Shown one piece after another: positions 51,136 to 63,692 of a stretch of DNA of 63,699 bases. How positions within the stretch are numbered: position 1 is the first letter of the stretch; each line of letters begins with the position of its first letter. The position numbers were made by a program, and so were the translations under genes. The notes below the pieces were generated by a model, which searched no databases, was not told the origin of the DNA, and worked only from the letters and a program-made list of their open reading frames with translations. Source of the DNA: Octopus bimaculoides (Eukaryota); contig NC_068983.1 of the NCBI RefSeq assembly GCF_001194135.2, positions 112,845,808-112,909,506 of the forward strand, written 5' to 3'.

Positions 51136-51589
51136 GAATTTAGTTATACATACATACCAACATGCATACATACATGTGTACATGCATGTATGCATGCATA
51201 CACACACAAATGCATACATGCACACACACACATACACTCATACACACACACACACACAAACTATGTTGGTAACAAAACAAGAAGAAAATTTTAACATGTG
51301 CTGTAGAATTAAACTTTTAATTAAATGAAATATAAAATGACAAAGTTCACAATCACCAACTTCAACTTGGGAAAAATTAACAAAAATATATGGAAATTCC
51401 ACATTTCAAATCTTTGAGGGGAGATTAATAACTTTAAAATACAAACTCAAAACACTGAGTTGAACTTTTTTTATAACTTGAACATTTTTTATCAGAAAAA
51501 ATACTACAAGTCATAATTAATCAGGTTACTTCTGATCCAATGCTGTACAATGAAGAATGAAGAAAATCAATATCTTCATAAAAAGAACC

Positions 51590-53270
51590 GTTTTCATTAA
51601 GATCTTAAATCATTTTCATGGTTAGATCTGGAATGAAAAGACTGATTTTAATCAGAATGCAGCTTGGATTGATGCAATCAAGAAGGATGCTGTAACAATA
51701 TCAATAGTAAAACTTACATAATCAATTTTGAAACGTTTGTGGAAGCTGTAGCAAAATTGCATGTTGGGAAGGTACCAGGAAGTGACCTAATAATCAGATA
51801 TTGGCAGAAGATGCTGATATTCTACAGAAAATTACTAATATACATATCTAAGAGAATTATGGAAGACCAGACTGACATACCAATAGCTTGCCATAGCACA
51901 GTCTAATTTGTAGCTAAGAATGGTAATACTGATTTGGCAGAAAACTATGGAGCCATTGCTTACTTAAACCTTATGTATAAATTTAACACAAGCTTTTTCA
52001 AACAATTCCTTCACAACCATTGCAAGTCCAACAGTGACAGATGAGTAGACTGGTGCAACTTTTGATAAAATACTTAAATGCACATACATACATATACATA
52101 CACATAATGCATATATGTAGTTATTTACTTTTCCACTAACTTCAGTCAGTGGATTGTAGCAATGGTGGAGCATTGCTTTGAAGGGGTTTAATTAAATGAT
52201 TCAATCCCAGGACTTGCTCTAAGTCTGTTACTTATTCTATCATTCACTTCTTGCCAAACAGCTAAGTTACAAGGACATAAGCAATCCAGTATTGATTATC
52301 AAGTGGTAAAGGACAGTCATACATACACACACACACACATCATATGAAGTTGTCTAAACAAAGACAGAGTGACCTGAGAATATTACACCAGACTTAGGAA
52401 AATATGGCAGTAGGAGATTTTCCATTGATTACATGACAACATCCTACAATGCAAATAACAATACAGGTGCTTATATCGACATTTGGGGTACTTGGCTTCT
52501 CTGTGGAGCAAATCTACACTAGAAACATTAAAACCCACAATATCCTGATCTCAGTGTAAACTTCCACAGAAACAGTGGTTTGGAAGGGTCTAAGAATAAA
52601 CCAAGGAAGCAGAGGTTTGAGATCAGTGCAGGCACTCTTCAAAAGATATATATCTCAGACAGCACCTTCTAAACAACAACAGCAAAAACGAATTCAAAAC
52701 TCTAATGCTGACATGCAAAGATGGCAACATCCCAGAAGTTAACAGTGAGCTCCTCAGGAAGTACTCTCTTCCTGACATTCTTCTACACAACTTCAAAACA
52801 GCTGAACTAATATTCCTCAAAGAAGACTAGGGTGGGAAATGCTTAGTGTACCAAAAAAAGGACTGTGCATGGTTATGTATCCTGAAGACAGGAAGGTAAC
52901 ATCAATATCAATATGAAGTGCAGCTTTCCTTTGGACTTACAACTGCTATATCATATCACAGTTTGAAGGCTATGTGTTTGCAATTCATGAGCAGCAAAGT
53001 ACTACAAAATACCCAATAAACAAAAAAAAGTGAGTGAAGCCTTTGGAGCCACTAGATGTAACTAAAAAAGTTACTTATGTCACATTTCTGTGGATGACAT
53101 CACATGTGATTAGTAGATGCCCCAAAATTTTATCAAAGTACTACTTCATCAAACTACTATCACTAAAATAATCTACAAAGCCATCCAAGGAAAATGACTG
53201 TCCTGAGATAAATACAGAGAATAATCTGTTAAATGAACACATATATAAACATCAATACAATTGTGGCATA
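51590..53270 (+). pseudogene. Highly degenerate R4/Dong-clade RT and C-terminal relic, interrupted by a SINE A fragment (~52130-52335)
   Basis: AVAKLHVGKVPGSDLIIRYW, ENYGAIAYLNLMYK, GSRGLRSV, FEGYVFAIHEQ, VISRCPKILSKYY, TITKIIYKAI, in the order expected for R4-clade ORFs. Confidence 0.6.
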
Positions 53271-54044
53271 TATGCTGCAATGTACCTCTACATAGTGGCA
53301 TATCATTATTTATTTTTTTAAAAACCTGAAGACTTGAGGATTCAATATAACATATTGCATAATCTTATAGATATTGCACATCTGTACATGCTTACTTGTA
53401 TGATGCTACATCACATTAGAATTTCTCGATGAAACATTTGTAGATATACCATAAAATCCATTTGTCTGTTTCATTATTGTATTATTCCAAGTTTCATTTA
53501 ACTTTGTATACTCTGGGATTTGTGGAATATCAAATACCAGTGAATTTCCCTTCATTGATTCCTCCTTTGCTAAGGAAATGGATAATTCAGTCTGTTGAAT
53601 TGTGTCACATTTTCTAGCCATCATTCATGGTGTGCTTCACGTTGATCTGCCTTCATCTATTCAATAAATCCTCATTGGCCGTCTTGCACTGTGTTCCCAT
53701 TATAGCAGGAACTGCCTAATTGTAATCTCTGCCAGATTCCCATTAAAACCCTAGAGAACACTATGCATAGAAGAAGAAGATAAAATACTAAAAATAGATT
53801 GCTGATCACATTGCAGCTTTGTAATTAAGTGTTTTTCTGACTCTTTCTTAATGGTGACCCCTATAGCTGGTTTGAATTGTGAAAAGAAACATTTTTTTTT
53901 TTAGATGAACCCAACACTTCGTCTGGTAAATGAGCATGGCCTAGACACTCTACATCTGAGGAAATTGGTGATATTTATTTTTTGTATGAAGGTGACTAAT
54001 AATTTCAACTAATTTACTCTTACATCAGCAGAGAGTATTATTAA

Positions 54045-54390
54045 ACTGTGTAATGCTGGGACTCTATCTTGAAGAATTTTAGTCAAATGAAATGTCTCTA
54101 GGACTTACTTTTATTTTTGTAATTACTGGTACTTATTCTATCAGTTTTTTTTGCCAAACTGCAAGTTACAGGGACATAAACAGACTGCCATCAGTTATTA
54201 AGCAATGATGGGGTGGACAAACACAAATACACACACATACACACTCATATATGACTGGCTCCTTTCAGTTTCTGTCTACAAAATCCACTCACAAGGCTTT
54301 GATTGGGCTCAAGCCTATTGTAGAAGACTCTTTACTAAGGTGTCATGCAGTGAGACGGAGCCCAGAACCATGAGGTTGGGAAGCAGCACC
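54045..54390 (-). mobile_element. SINE family A (diverged)
   Basis: Reverse-complement similarity to the family. Confidence 0.75.
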
Positions 54391-54434
54391 TATGTGCATA
54401 TTTATATATATATATTTATATTTGCAAATATATA

Positions 54435-54464
<30 letters not shown>

Positions 54465-54471
<7 letters not shown>

Positions 54472-54745
54472 AGAATTCATAAAAAAACAAAACACAAAGA
54501 CAGGTGGTGTAGATAACAAACATGCATTATTTTAACATTTAGGAAGTGAAAAAGTCTTTATTGTTTTGAGCCTACGCTCTTCCACAGAAAGGAACACAGA
54601 AAGAAACAAGGAGAGAAAATAAAGAATGTGTAGTGGCTAACGATCTATCATGGCGAATGCCAGACAGAGGTGTCACACAGGGGAGCAAGGAAGAAGGGGA
54701 GATAATAAAGTCGCAGTGATCCCAAACCGAAGGTGCCTGTGCATG
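54465..54745 (-). mobile_element. Penelope-like pLTR/3' relic with degenerate hammerhead-like fold
   Basis: Minus strand CUUU CUGUGGA A GAGC GUAG GCUC AAAAC AAU AAAG (54591-54556), then a pyrimidine-rich tail ending in (TA)n. Confidence 0.45.
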
Positions 54746-55233
54746 TGTCTAAGAGAGCATGTATGTGCATGTGGGAGAGGGCTGGTGACCTTGACATGTG
54801 CATGTGTGTATGTGTAGGTGTGTGGATGATGGTGTGGGGCTGGGAAGGGGTCAGTGATAGTGTGTGCATGGTGGTGTGATGTGGTATTGTGTGGTATGGT
54901 GTGGTGTGGTGTGGTGATGTTGGAGAGGTAAGGTCAAGTGCAGCAGCATGGGCAGGAGCAGGGGAACAAGCCAGGCTGGGAGGTTGGGTTACACACACAC
55001 ACATATATATATATGCATGTATGTACGTGTGTATATTTACAATACCTTCTTCCCAATTTCCATTCAACAAATTCACTCACAGAGCATTGGTCAACCTAGG
55101 GCTATATTAACAAAATGTTGCTCAGTGCTCTGGTACTTAACCTAAAGCAACAATATTGCATACCAAACTTCTTAACCACACAGTTATGCTTGTGCCATGT
55201 GCATATGTATACATACATATATATGTGTGTGTG

Positions 55234-56965
55234 TGTGCAGATATTTTGAGCATCTCTACAGTGATTCCTGACGGGCCGGGGGCTTTCCCGGTCTTCATAC
55301 TCTTAATTGCTTTATCTACTCTGGTACTATCAACTCGGGTAGCTGGTCCCTCTATTGGGTCGACATACGGCAGGCTCTCTTCCTCCCATTCATTCTCTTT
55401 ATTAAGCAATCTATCGTAGTGGCATCTCCAGACCTCTTTCTTTGCCTCCTCATTTAGTGCAAGCGTACCATCATCCATGCGAACACATTTCTCTCCTACG
55501 ACATCACTATTCTCTCTCCTACACTGTCTTGCAACACGAAATACCTCGAGTCTTTGGTCCTCACGGCGCAGAACNNNNNNNNNNNNNNNNNNNNNNNNNN
55601 NNNNNNNNNNNNNNNNNNNNNNNNNNNNNNNNNNNNNNNNNNNNNNNNNNNNNNNNNNNNNNNNNNNNNNNNNNNNNNNNNNNNNNNNNNNNNNNNNNNN
55701 NNNNNNNNNNNNNNNNNNNNNNNNNNNNNNNNNNNNNNNNNNNNNNNNNNNNNNNNNNNNNNNNNNNNNNNNNNNNNNNNNNNNNNNNNNNNNNNNNNNN
55801 NNNNNNNNNNNNNNNNNNNNNNNNNNNNNNNNNNNNNNNNNNNNNNNNNNNNNNNNNNNNNNNNNNNNNNNNNNNNNNNNNNNNNNNNNNNNNNNNNNNN
55901 NNNNNNNNNNNNNNNNNNNNNNNNNNNNNNNNNNNNNNNNNNNNNNNNNNNNNNNNNNNNNNNNNNNNNNNNNNNNNNNNNNNNNNNNNNNNNNNNNNNN
56001 NNNNNNNNNNNNNNNNNNNNNNNNNNNNNNNNNNNNNNNNNNNNNNNNNNNNNNNNNNNNNNNNNNNNNNNNNNNNNNNNNNNNNNNNNNNNNNNNNNNN
56101 NNNNNNNNNNNNNNNNNNNNNNNNNNNNNNNNNNNNNNNNNNNNNNNNNNNNNNNNNNNNNNNNNNNNNNNNNNNNNNNNNNNNNNNNNNNNNNNNNNNN
56201 NNNNNNNNNNNNNNNNNNNNNNNNNNNNNNNNNNNNNNNNNAACCCCAGCAGTCTGGTTCCCTCCTCATTGCAGGAACCGAAGCCATAGCCTCCATGTAT
56301 GCCATGGAAGCCTCCAGCACGACGTCCGACATGACCATTGAAGTCTCCAGTCACAAAGAGAAGGTCCCTGTCACTCGTCGATGAGGTAGTTTGCAAGAGG
56401 GTGTCATAGAATTGGTCTTTCAGACCATCTGGTAGCCCCGGTTGAGGTGCATAGGCTGAGATGACAGTAGCTAATCTATGACGAAGCACTAGTCTAATCT
56501 TAAGTACTCTGTCACTTACTCTAACTACCTCGATTACCTTATCCACCCATTTCTCTGCTAGAAGTATACCTACGCCCCCGACCCCGTCAGTGTTCCCTGC
56601 CCCCAGAAAATCTTGTACTTGTGTTCTTTGCCTGTGAGGAACCTCCTCTCCATCTTACTTCCTGGAGCAGCACATATCTACGCGTCTCCGTTCAAGCATC
56701 TCAACAATTTCACCAGATCTACCTTTCAGCGTGCTGACGTTGAGAGTGCCAGTCCTAACAGTATGGGTGTTGGGGGTGTGGGCCTGTAGCCTGGGAAGGG
56801 GAAAAGCAGTGTCGTGTACCTGAAAAGAAAACTTGCAATTGGAAGAATTCATAAGCAAAACAGTACCTACAACCTGCAAACATTACACAAACCTTATGCG
56901 CTACCCAAAGGTAGGGGAGAGGATGGCTGAGGCCACTAGATGGGTTCCGGGAGACAGCCGAGGAT
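55234..56965 (-). mobile_element. RTE LINE copy 3, 5' half (gap inside, 3'-truncated)
   Basis: MNSSNCKFSFQVHDTA, GTLNVSTLKG, ISAYAPQ, TGDFNGH, KSMKTGKAPGPSGI; breaks off at a CA microsatellite. Confidence 0.9.
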
Positions 56966-58746
56966 NNNNNNNNNNNNNNNNNNNNNNNNNNNNNNNNNNN
57001 NNNNNNNNNNNNNNNNNNNNNNNNNNNNNNNNNNNNNNNNNNNNNNNNNNNNNNNNNNNNNNNNNNNNNNNNNNNNNNNNNNNNNNNNNNNNNNNNNNNN
57101 NNNNNNNNNNNNNNNNNNNNNNNNNNNNNNNNNNNNNNNNNNNNNNNNNNNNNNNNNNNNNNNNNNNNNNNNNNNNNNNNNNNNNNNNNNNNNNNNNNNN
57201 NNNNNNNNNNNNNTGTACCACCAACCAGGAGATAGGCCTCTTAATCGTAGATTTTAAATATTTGAAATAATTATTTCTGCAATGAATACACCATACAATT
57301 TGTATTACATTTCCCAAGAAGATATCTGTAGAAACATATTATTCAATATGCTTAATAAACTTTTGCTGTCTCAATTCATGCTTAGCATGTCTCAGGTTCT
57401 AACTACATGTCAAATGTAAGGAGTGTTTCTTTGTGTGTGTCAGCTTTAGTTGAATAGCTAGCGTGCTTGGTCGTCGGCTACTGTAACAGAAGAAACTATG
57501 CAGTTTTGAACATGAACAAGAACACCAGCAGTGTTGTGGCTGTAGACTTATTGACTAGTTTCTGTAAATATGACCATTAATTAGAGAACAATAGAATTAA
57601 AATTTGCTGAATTTTCAAGCAAATTATTAATTAATGGTGCTTTTGAATAATTTATAAACAGCAAGTATTGAAACATAATGATTTCATTAAACAAAAGAGA
57701 TTATTTAAAAAGAAGGAAAGAAAGAATTTCATTCCACTTCAATGATGATGATGCTAATGATTGGAAGGAGGGAGTGCTTCATAATGATTGTGACATTAAT
57801 GCAAATAGATATAGTAATGATTTTTTTTTATTGTGCTCAATGGGATATGCATGGTGATGATGGTGAACAAGTTATGCAGTTTTACATCTGTTTTTCAAAT
57901 TAGTAATGGGCGGTATGGCATTTACAAATTTGGACATTTGAATATTTTGAAAAAACATTTTTACAGCAGAATGTTTTTACTACTACTACTGCTACTATTA
58001 CTACTACCACCACCACCACTACCACCACCACTACTACTGCTGCTGCTACAGGATAATGCTTTTCATGTTGCTGAATGACTTTGGCTATCCCTGATTACAT
58101 ATGGAGATCCAGTATTCCAGACATACATGCATATATGTATGTAAACATATATATATATGTACATACACATACCCACACACACACAAATATATGTATGAGA
58201 GTGTGTATATACATATATACATGAGTACATACATACACACACACAAATATATGTATGAGTGTGTGTATATACATATATACATTGGTACATACACACATAA
58301 ATGTATGTGCATATATATACATATATGTATATATATATATATATATTATGTGGCCTGTGTTTTCTGTACTTTGGTTATTATTATTTTTTGTCTACGTTTT
58401 GTTTGNNNNNNNNNNNNNNNNNNNNNNNNNNNNNNNNNNNNNNNNNNNNNNNNNNNNNNNNNNNNNNNNNNNNNNNNNNNNNNNNNNNNNNNNNNNNNNN
58501 NNNNNNNNNNNNNNNNNNNNNNNNNNNNNNNNNNNNNNNNNNNNNNNNNNNNNNNNNNNNNNNNNNNNNNNNNNNNNNNNNNNNNNNNNNNNNNNNNNNN
58601 NNNNNNNNNNNNNNNNNNNNNNNNNNNNNNNNNNNNNNNNNNNNNNNNNNNNNNNNNNNNNNNNNNNNNNNNNNNNNNNNNNNNNNNNNNNNNNNNNNNN
58701 NNNNNNNNNNNNNNNNNNNNNNNNNNNNNNNNNNNNNNNATGTGCA

Positions 58747-58779
<33 letters not shown>

Positions 58780-59095
58780 ATTACGCCACTCTACTCTTGA
58801 CTGGATATCATCATAATCCATCCGTGACTCTTCCACTTCTTCTCGTCCTCCTCCTACCTTTCTTCTTTCTACTTCCCATTCCAATATCTGACCATGTGTG
58901 CATCATTGACGATTTTCTTTCTCTGTCTTCCCTTCTTTGGACTTTTCCTATATTTTTGATGAAGTGCTCCACTCGAAACGTGAAATCCTCTTTCTTTTCT
59001 TTCCTTTTCTGAGCGTCCAATAACGCTGTACTTATTCCATGTCCTCGCGTTGTTGTTTTTCATGCTTTTCTTGCTTGTTCATGTTTGAATTGACT
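58780..59095 (+). mobile_element. Penelope-like pLTR relic with hammerhead-like motif
   Basis: AUUU UUGAUGA A GUGCUCCACUC GAAACGU G AAAU at 58952-58986 in pyrimidine-rich sequence ending in (TA)n. Confidence 0.5.
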
Positions 59096-59107
59096 ATATA
59101 TATATAT

Positions 59108-59381
59108 ATATTCTGTTGTGTCTGGGAAGGGTCATTTTTTTATAGTGCCTTAAAATTTAACACACTCACCGGTAAAATTTCCACTTATTTTTCTTTTTAT
59201 TTTCCTAAAATTTTCATTGCATCTTGCAACCTTATCAATAGTCTTGACTATTGATAAGATTGGAAGACGCAGCGAAAATTTTAGGAAAATAAAAAGAAAA
59301 ATAAGTGGAAATTTTACCGGTGAGTGTGTTAAATTTTAAGGCACAATAAGAAAATGACCCTCCCCAGACACAACAGAATAT
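59108..59381. repeat. Near-perfect 274-bp palindrome
   Basis: Arms 59108-59243 and 59246-59381 (136 bp, 8 mismatches by hand), 2-nt centre TT. Confidence 0.95.
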
Positions 59382-61404
59382 GCTTCAACACACGAAATCA
59401 CATAAAAAATCTTGCAAACCAAATCCCAAAACGAAATGTATATATATATGCCTACATATACACCACACACATGCTCACTAACACACCATGTTTCTACCTG
59501 GTTAATAATAATACAGTTCCCACCAGCGATACTTTAGTTTATTGTATAGAGTTAAGCATCATAATCTGGGTATATCAGATTTTCTACATTGTCATTTTTG
59601 ATTCCTCTAAGTCACAACAATATGGTAAAATAATTTTGACGATAATGAGCAAATTGATTTTCTCTCTCTGCACTTGTCATTAGGTTTAATATTTCAAAAT
59701 AGCAATTACATAATTCGCTGAGGAAGCAAGCTACATCCTTTTAATATTCTAGTGGTTCTTTGTACTGAGTTTTTCAGTTTAATTTTGTAAGTGACCTATG
59801 TGAAGCCTTTCATAGTAAGTGTACTGTTACGTGTTCTTTGTAGTTTATTGTAGAGAGACTAGAGGTTCATATGAGTTCTGATATATTTTTGGATGGATCT
59901 AATATATATTTCATACTCTTGTGCTGGTTGAATAGGATGAATAGGATTCTTTTGATTGCTTCTTACTGATTGTTTATGCATCCTTATGCATTATTTTTAC
60001 ACCCCTCTGTGTTTGCTTTGGTTTTGTGAAGTTGCTGGTAATAATCAATAGTCTTGTCTTTAATGTGTGCATGAAGCTTATGCTGTTAAGTGTGATGTTT
60101 GGTTGTCTCTCATTATATTTAATGTTAGTGGTAAGAAGAGATATAGCTACTATTGCTGCTGTTGTTAAAACCCAAGCCAGATCTGACTGAGTAGAATTAT
60201 GACCAAAAGCATTCTAGGTATGATCTATTTCATTCTCTTACTATGAACAATAAACCAAGACAAAATTATCCAAGTTCTTTTTCCTAAGACATTAGAATGT
60301 GAAAACAGATTATTTGGCTGCTATTTCTATTTCTAGGTAGTAAATTCACTCTAAACAGGTTCCCACTGATTTTATTAGGGACTACTTTTAGTTCATTTAT
60401 ATGGGACAAGAGTTCCAGTGTAGGAGCTGTATGAAAATATGTCATTTGAGAAGAATAAAAATTTATTGCTTCATACCATTTAAGCAATTACTGATTTTAG
60501 ACGTAACACTGTACTTTATGTATGTTCTGGTGAACTGAGAGATATCTTACCAACCATGTGCTTACTTTGTTTATTAGGAAGGCATCTAATATCTTCTTTA
60601 GGAATAGGCCGTTGGGAATAAAGTTTTCTCAACAATAGTTAAAAAAGTGCCTGTTTATTCTTTTACTTTTTTATTATATTTTTTCTCCACTTTTGTTAAA
60701 CTACCATTCATTCTTTCTCTGAAGTTTAAAAAATGCTGTAGTAGTCAAGTGCTTGAGTGTAAGGGTTTGAATTCAAATTCAATGGAAGAATTGTTGATGA
60801 AACAAATGTGTATTTATCTCAGAATTATTAGTGTAGTCATAGGAATCATGTGGATCTGTGTAATTTTATTCCAGTTTCTTTTGTTAAGGACTTAGAATGA
60901 TTATTCTGTTCCAGTTCTTTATTGAGGATTTGATAATGTTAAAGACATTGGTTTGAACAATATTTGTTTTAAGCCTTAAGTGATTTTTGTGTGTATAGTT
61001 ATGCTTCCAGTGGGCCCTAAGGCTTCGAGTTTTTTTTTATATAAATTATTAATACTTTCTGTTGTCTGATGAAAGAGAACAGTTAAGATACTGGAAGTTA
61101 TGTTACACATTGCATTTTTTGTGTTTAGACTTCTTTGAATGTTTTCTGGCAATATATAGTTTGGAAAAGTGTTTGATAAGAGAATTTAATTGTTGTTGAA
61201 GTGTTGGTGTTATTTGAAGTGGGTATTGCAGCATAGGATGTGGTGTAGCCATTATTAGATTTGTTCATGCTGTTATTACTTTCTAAATATTTTATTGCTT
61301 ATTTTCGTGATTTTCAGTTTGCATTTTCTTCTCTTTGATATACTTTCTATGTTGCCACTTTCCATAGTTTCATAATGCGAAGTTCCTTTTAATGTTATTA
61401 TTGT

Positions 61405-61600
61405 TATTACTTCCACCTATGCAAAGGCGGAGGTATTGTTTTCATTTGTGTTTGTGGTTTGCTTGTTTGTCCGTGGACAAAATATCTCAAAAACCATTGG
61501 GTGGATTTAGATGAAACTTTCAGGGATGTTTGGCTTTGTGACTGGCACAGTCTCGTTAGATTTTGGGATCGATCCGGTACCGGACAAGGGTTCTGAATTA
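61405..61600 (+). mobile_element. HINE/DINE-1-like (non-autonomous Helentron-type) repeat end
   Basis: Terminal hairpin cttccacct-atgcaa-aggcggagg, then a GTTT/GTCC microsatellite and a core ggattt.gatgaaactttcaggg...gatccggtaccgga. Confidence 0.5.
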
Positions 61601-62204
61601 TCTTCTATTTTATAAAATAGAGATGTGTGCATATTCACTTTTAATGTGAAAACGGCTTCACTAATTACTTCCATACTTCTGATGCATGAATAATTTGACC
61701 GTGGACATATAATATAGGCTTTATTTGATGTTTTTAATAAAATCTAAAAAAAATAAAAACTATTGCTTTTTATATTACATTCACATCTTTCAATGATTTT
61801 TAAATATTTACTTCCGGTTTTCTACCGTCAGTGACGTAACATATCTCTTTATGTATATCTCTCTATCTATATCTCTTGTTTTCATTTTCATTTTTCAGAC
61901 ACTGTTCTTTTCACTTTCAATTTTCATACGCCATTGTTTCACTTTCATGTTATTGTTTTCACTTTAAGTCAAAATTTTGAATCGCTATTTACAAACAAAC
62001 GACAAAGTACTGACAGAAAGAAGTTCACAGTTACTGATGTAAGTAATTTCATAATTTACTGACAGAATTATCTTCATTAATTTCACTTCAATCCGTACGG
62101 TTTCGTATTTTTCTGTTGTCGACAGTTTCTTTCTGGTTCCTTCTATACTGGCTCTTTGCTTCACTGAGTGATAAATTTCGCTTCAACCCATACAATACTT
62201 TATT

Positions 62205-62625
62205 GGTAATTTTCAAGTTTAGGGAGGTAAAAAAAGTAAATAAAAATATACAAGGGAAATAACTTAACGTTTTACTAGTATTATCAGTACTACTCAGAAA
62301 TGTGTTTTTTTTTTTTTAGCTGTTTATAAATAAATCACACGTGTTTTTTTTTTTTAACAATTCCGCATAGTACTAAACAATCCTCGCAGGTAAACTTATT
62401 CCTAATAAACCGACTGCGCGCACACCATTCCAGCATTTTGTGTCTTGAACTGCTGCATAATTCACTAATATTCTTCTAATATTATTTGACGAGTGAGGAT
62501 TTCATTTTGAGGAACAATAAGTTGTTGTGCAACCGGTCTTCCACGGATAATACTAGTGAGACGTTAAGTTATTTCCCTTGTATTTTTTATTTACTTTTTT
62601 TACGTTCCTAAACTTGAAGATTACC
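62205..62625. mobile_element. Merlin-like MITE
   Basis: ~80-bp TIRs starting GGTAA (62205-62285 / 62546-62625) and an 8-bp TSD ACTTTATT (62197-62204, 62626-62633). Confidence 0.75.
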
Positions 62626-62674
62626 ACTTTATTTTCTGCCCGTCATATTAAGAAACACAATTTCCGTTACCAAG

Positions 62675-63290
62675 TTATTTTCATTGCTTACTATTTTCTG
62701 CACTCGTGGATTTCTGTATACATGATATAACCATGCATAGAAAGAAAATATCAAATTTGTTGGTATATCTACTGATTTCTGTCCCCACTCCCACCAAATT
62801 TCAATGATCATAACTTTCAGAAAAATAGATATTTTTTAATAAAATGTTCTACGAATATGTGTTTTATCATGACCATTTCGTATCATGTGTTGTATCTTGT
62901 CCATTTTTTATCATGTCCATATATACAATTTTGGGGTGTAAGTGTTTATTTCCATTGTTTACTATCTCCTGCACTCGTGTATTTCTGTATACATATATAA
63001 CCATACGCAGAAAGAAAATGTCAAATTTGTCGGCATAACTATACATCACCAAATTTCGATAATCATAACTTTTAGAAAAATGGATATTTTTTAATAAAAT
63101 TTCCTACGAATATGTATTGTATCATGTCCATTTCGAATATATACAATTTTGGTGATGGCAGATTAAGTGTTTTAGGAGGGGGTGGGGGAATTTCTGAAAA
63201 TTCACTGGAGTCTACTTCAATTCGTCTTCACTTTCAAGAAAATGGATATTTTTTTAATGATATTTTCTACAAATATACCTTGCAATATTA
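62675..63290 (+). repeat. Diverged tandem repeat, ~271-bp period (two units plus a partial third)
   Basis: gcactcgtg at 62700 and 62971; aaaatggatatttttt reiterated at ~62822, ~63077 and ~63240. Confidence 0.8.
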
Positions 63291-63628
63291 TTACATTACA
63301 TTCACTTCTTTCAAAAAGGTTTCTCAATGTCTACTTCCGGTATTGACATAAAACTGGCCAAGTCTGTCCCTGTCTAATTTTTAATGTTTTCTTCTCAAGT
63401 TTTAATTCGCTATTTGTAAACAACTACGATAAATTACTAAAAGAATTATTGGAAAGACTCCCCTCCCCCACCATTTTCGCCCAAATTTGTTTATTAAAAA
63501 ATTTTTTTTGCCAAATATCCCTGTTTTCGGATACGGAGGTTCCAGAGAATTGCCAAAAATCAGCATTGTGAAATTTATTACCCCCTTCCCCTCCCCCAAT
63601 TTCTTCAATTTTGACATTTTCCCCAACA

Positions 63629-63692
63629 CTAACCCTAAAACCCTAACCCTAAAATCCTAACCCTAACCCTAACCCTAAAACCATAACCGTAA
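63629..63692 (+). repeat. Degenerate telomere-like (CCCTAA/CCCTAAAA) tract
   Basis: aaccctaaaaccctaaccctaaaatcctaaccctaaccctaaccct. Confidence 0.8.

Noticed and set aside
53406-53624. 72-aa minus-strand ORF with vague retroelement flavour
   Set aside because: No diagnostic motif could be placed with confidence.
59246-59285. Hammerhead-like motif at the palindrome centre (CUAUUGA...stem...GAAA)
   Set aside because: The core deviates at several invariant positions and there is no stem I or III closure.
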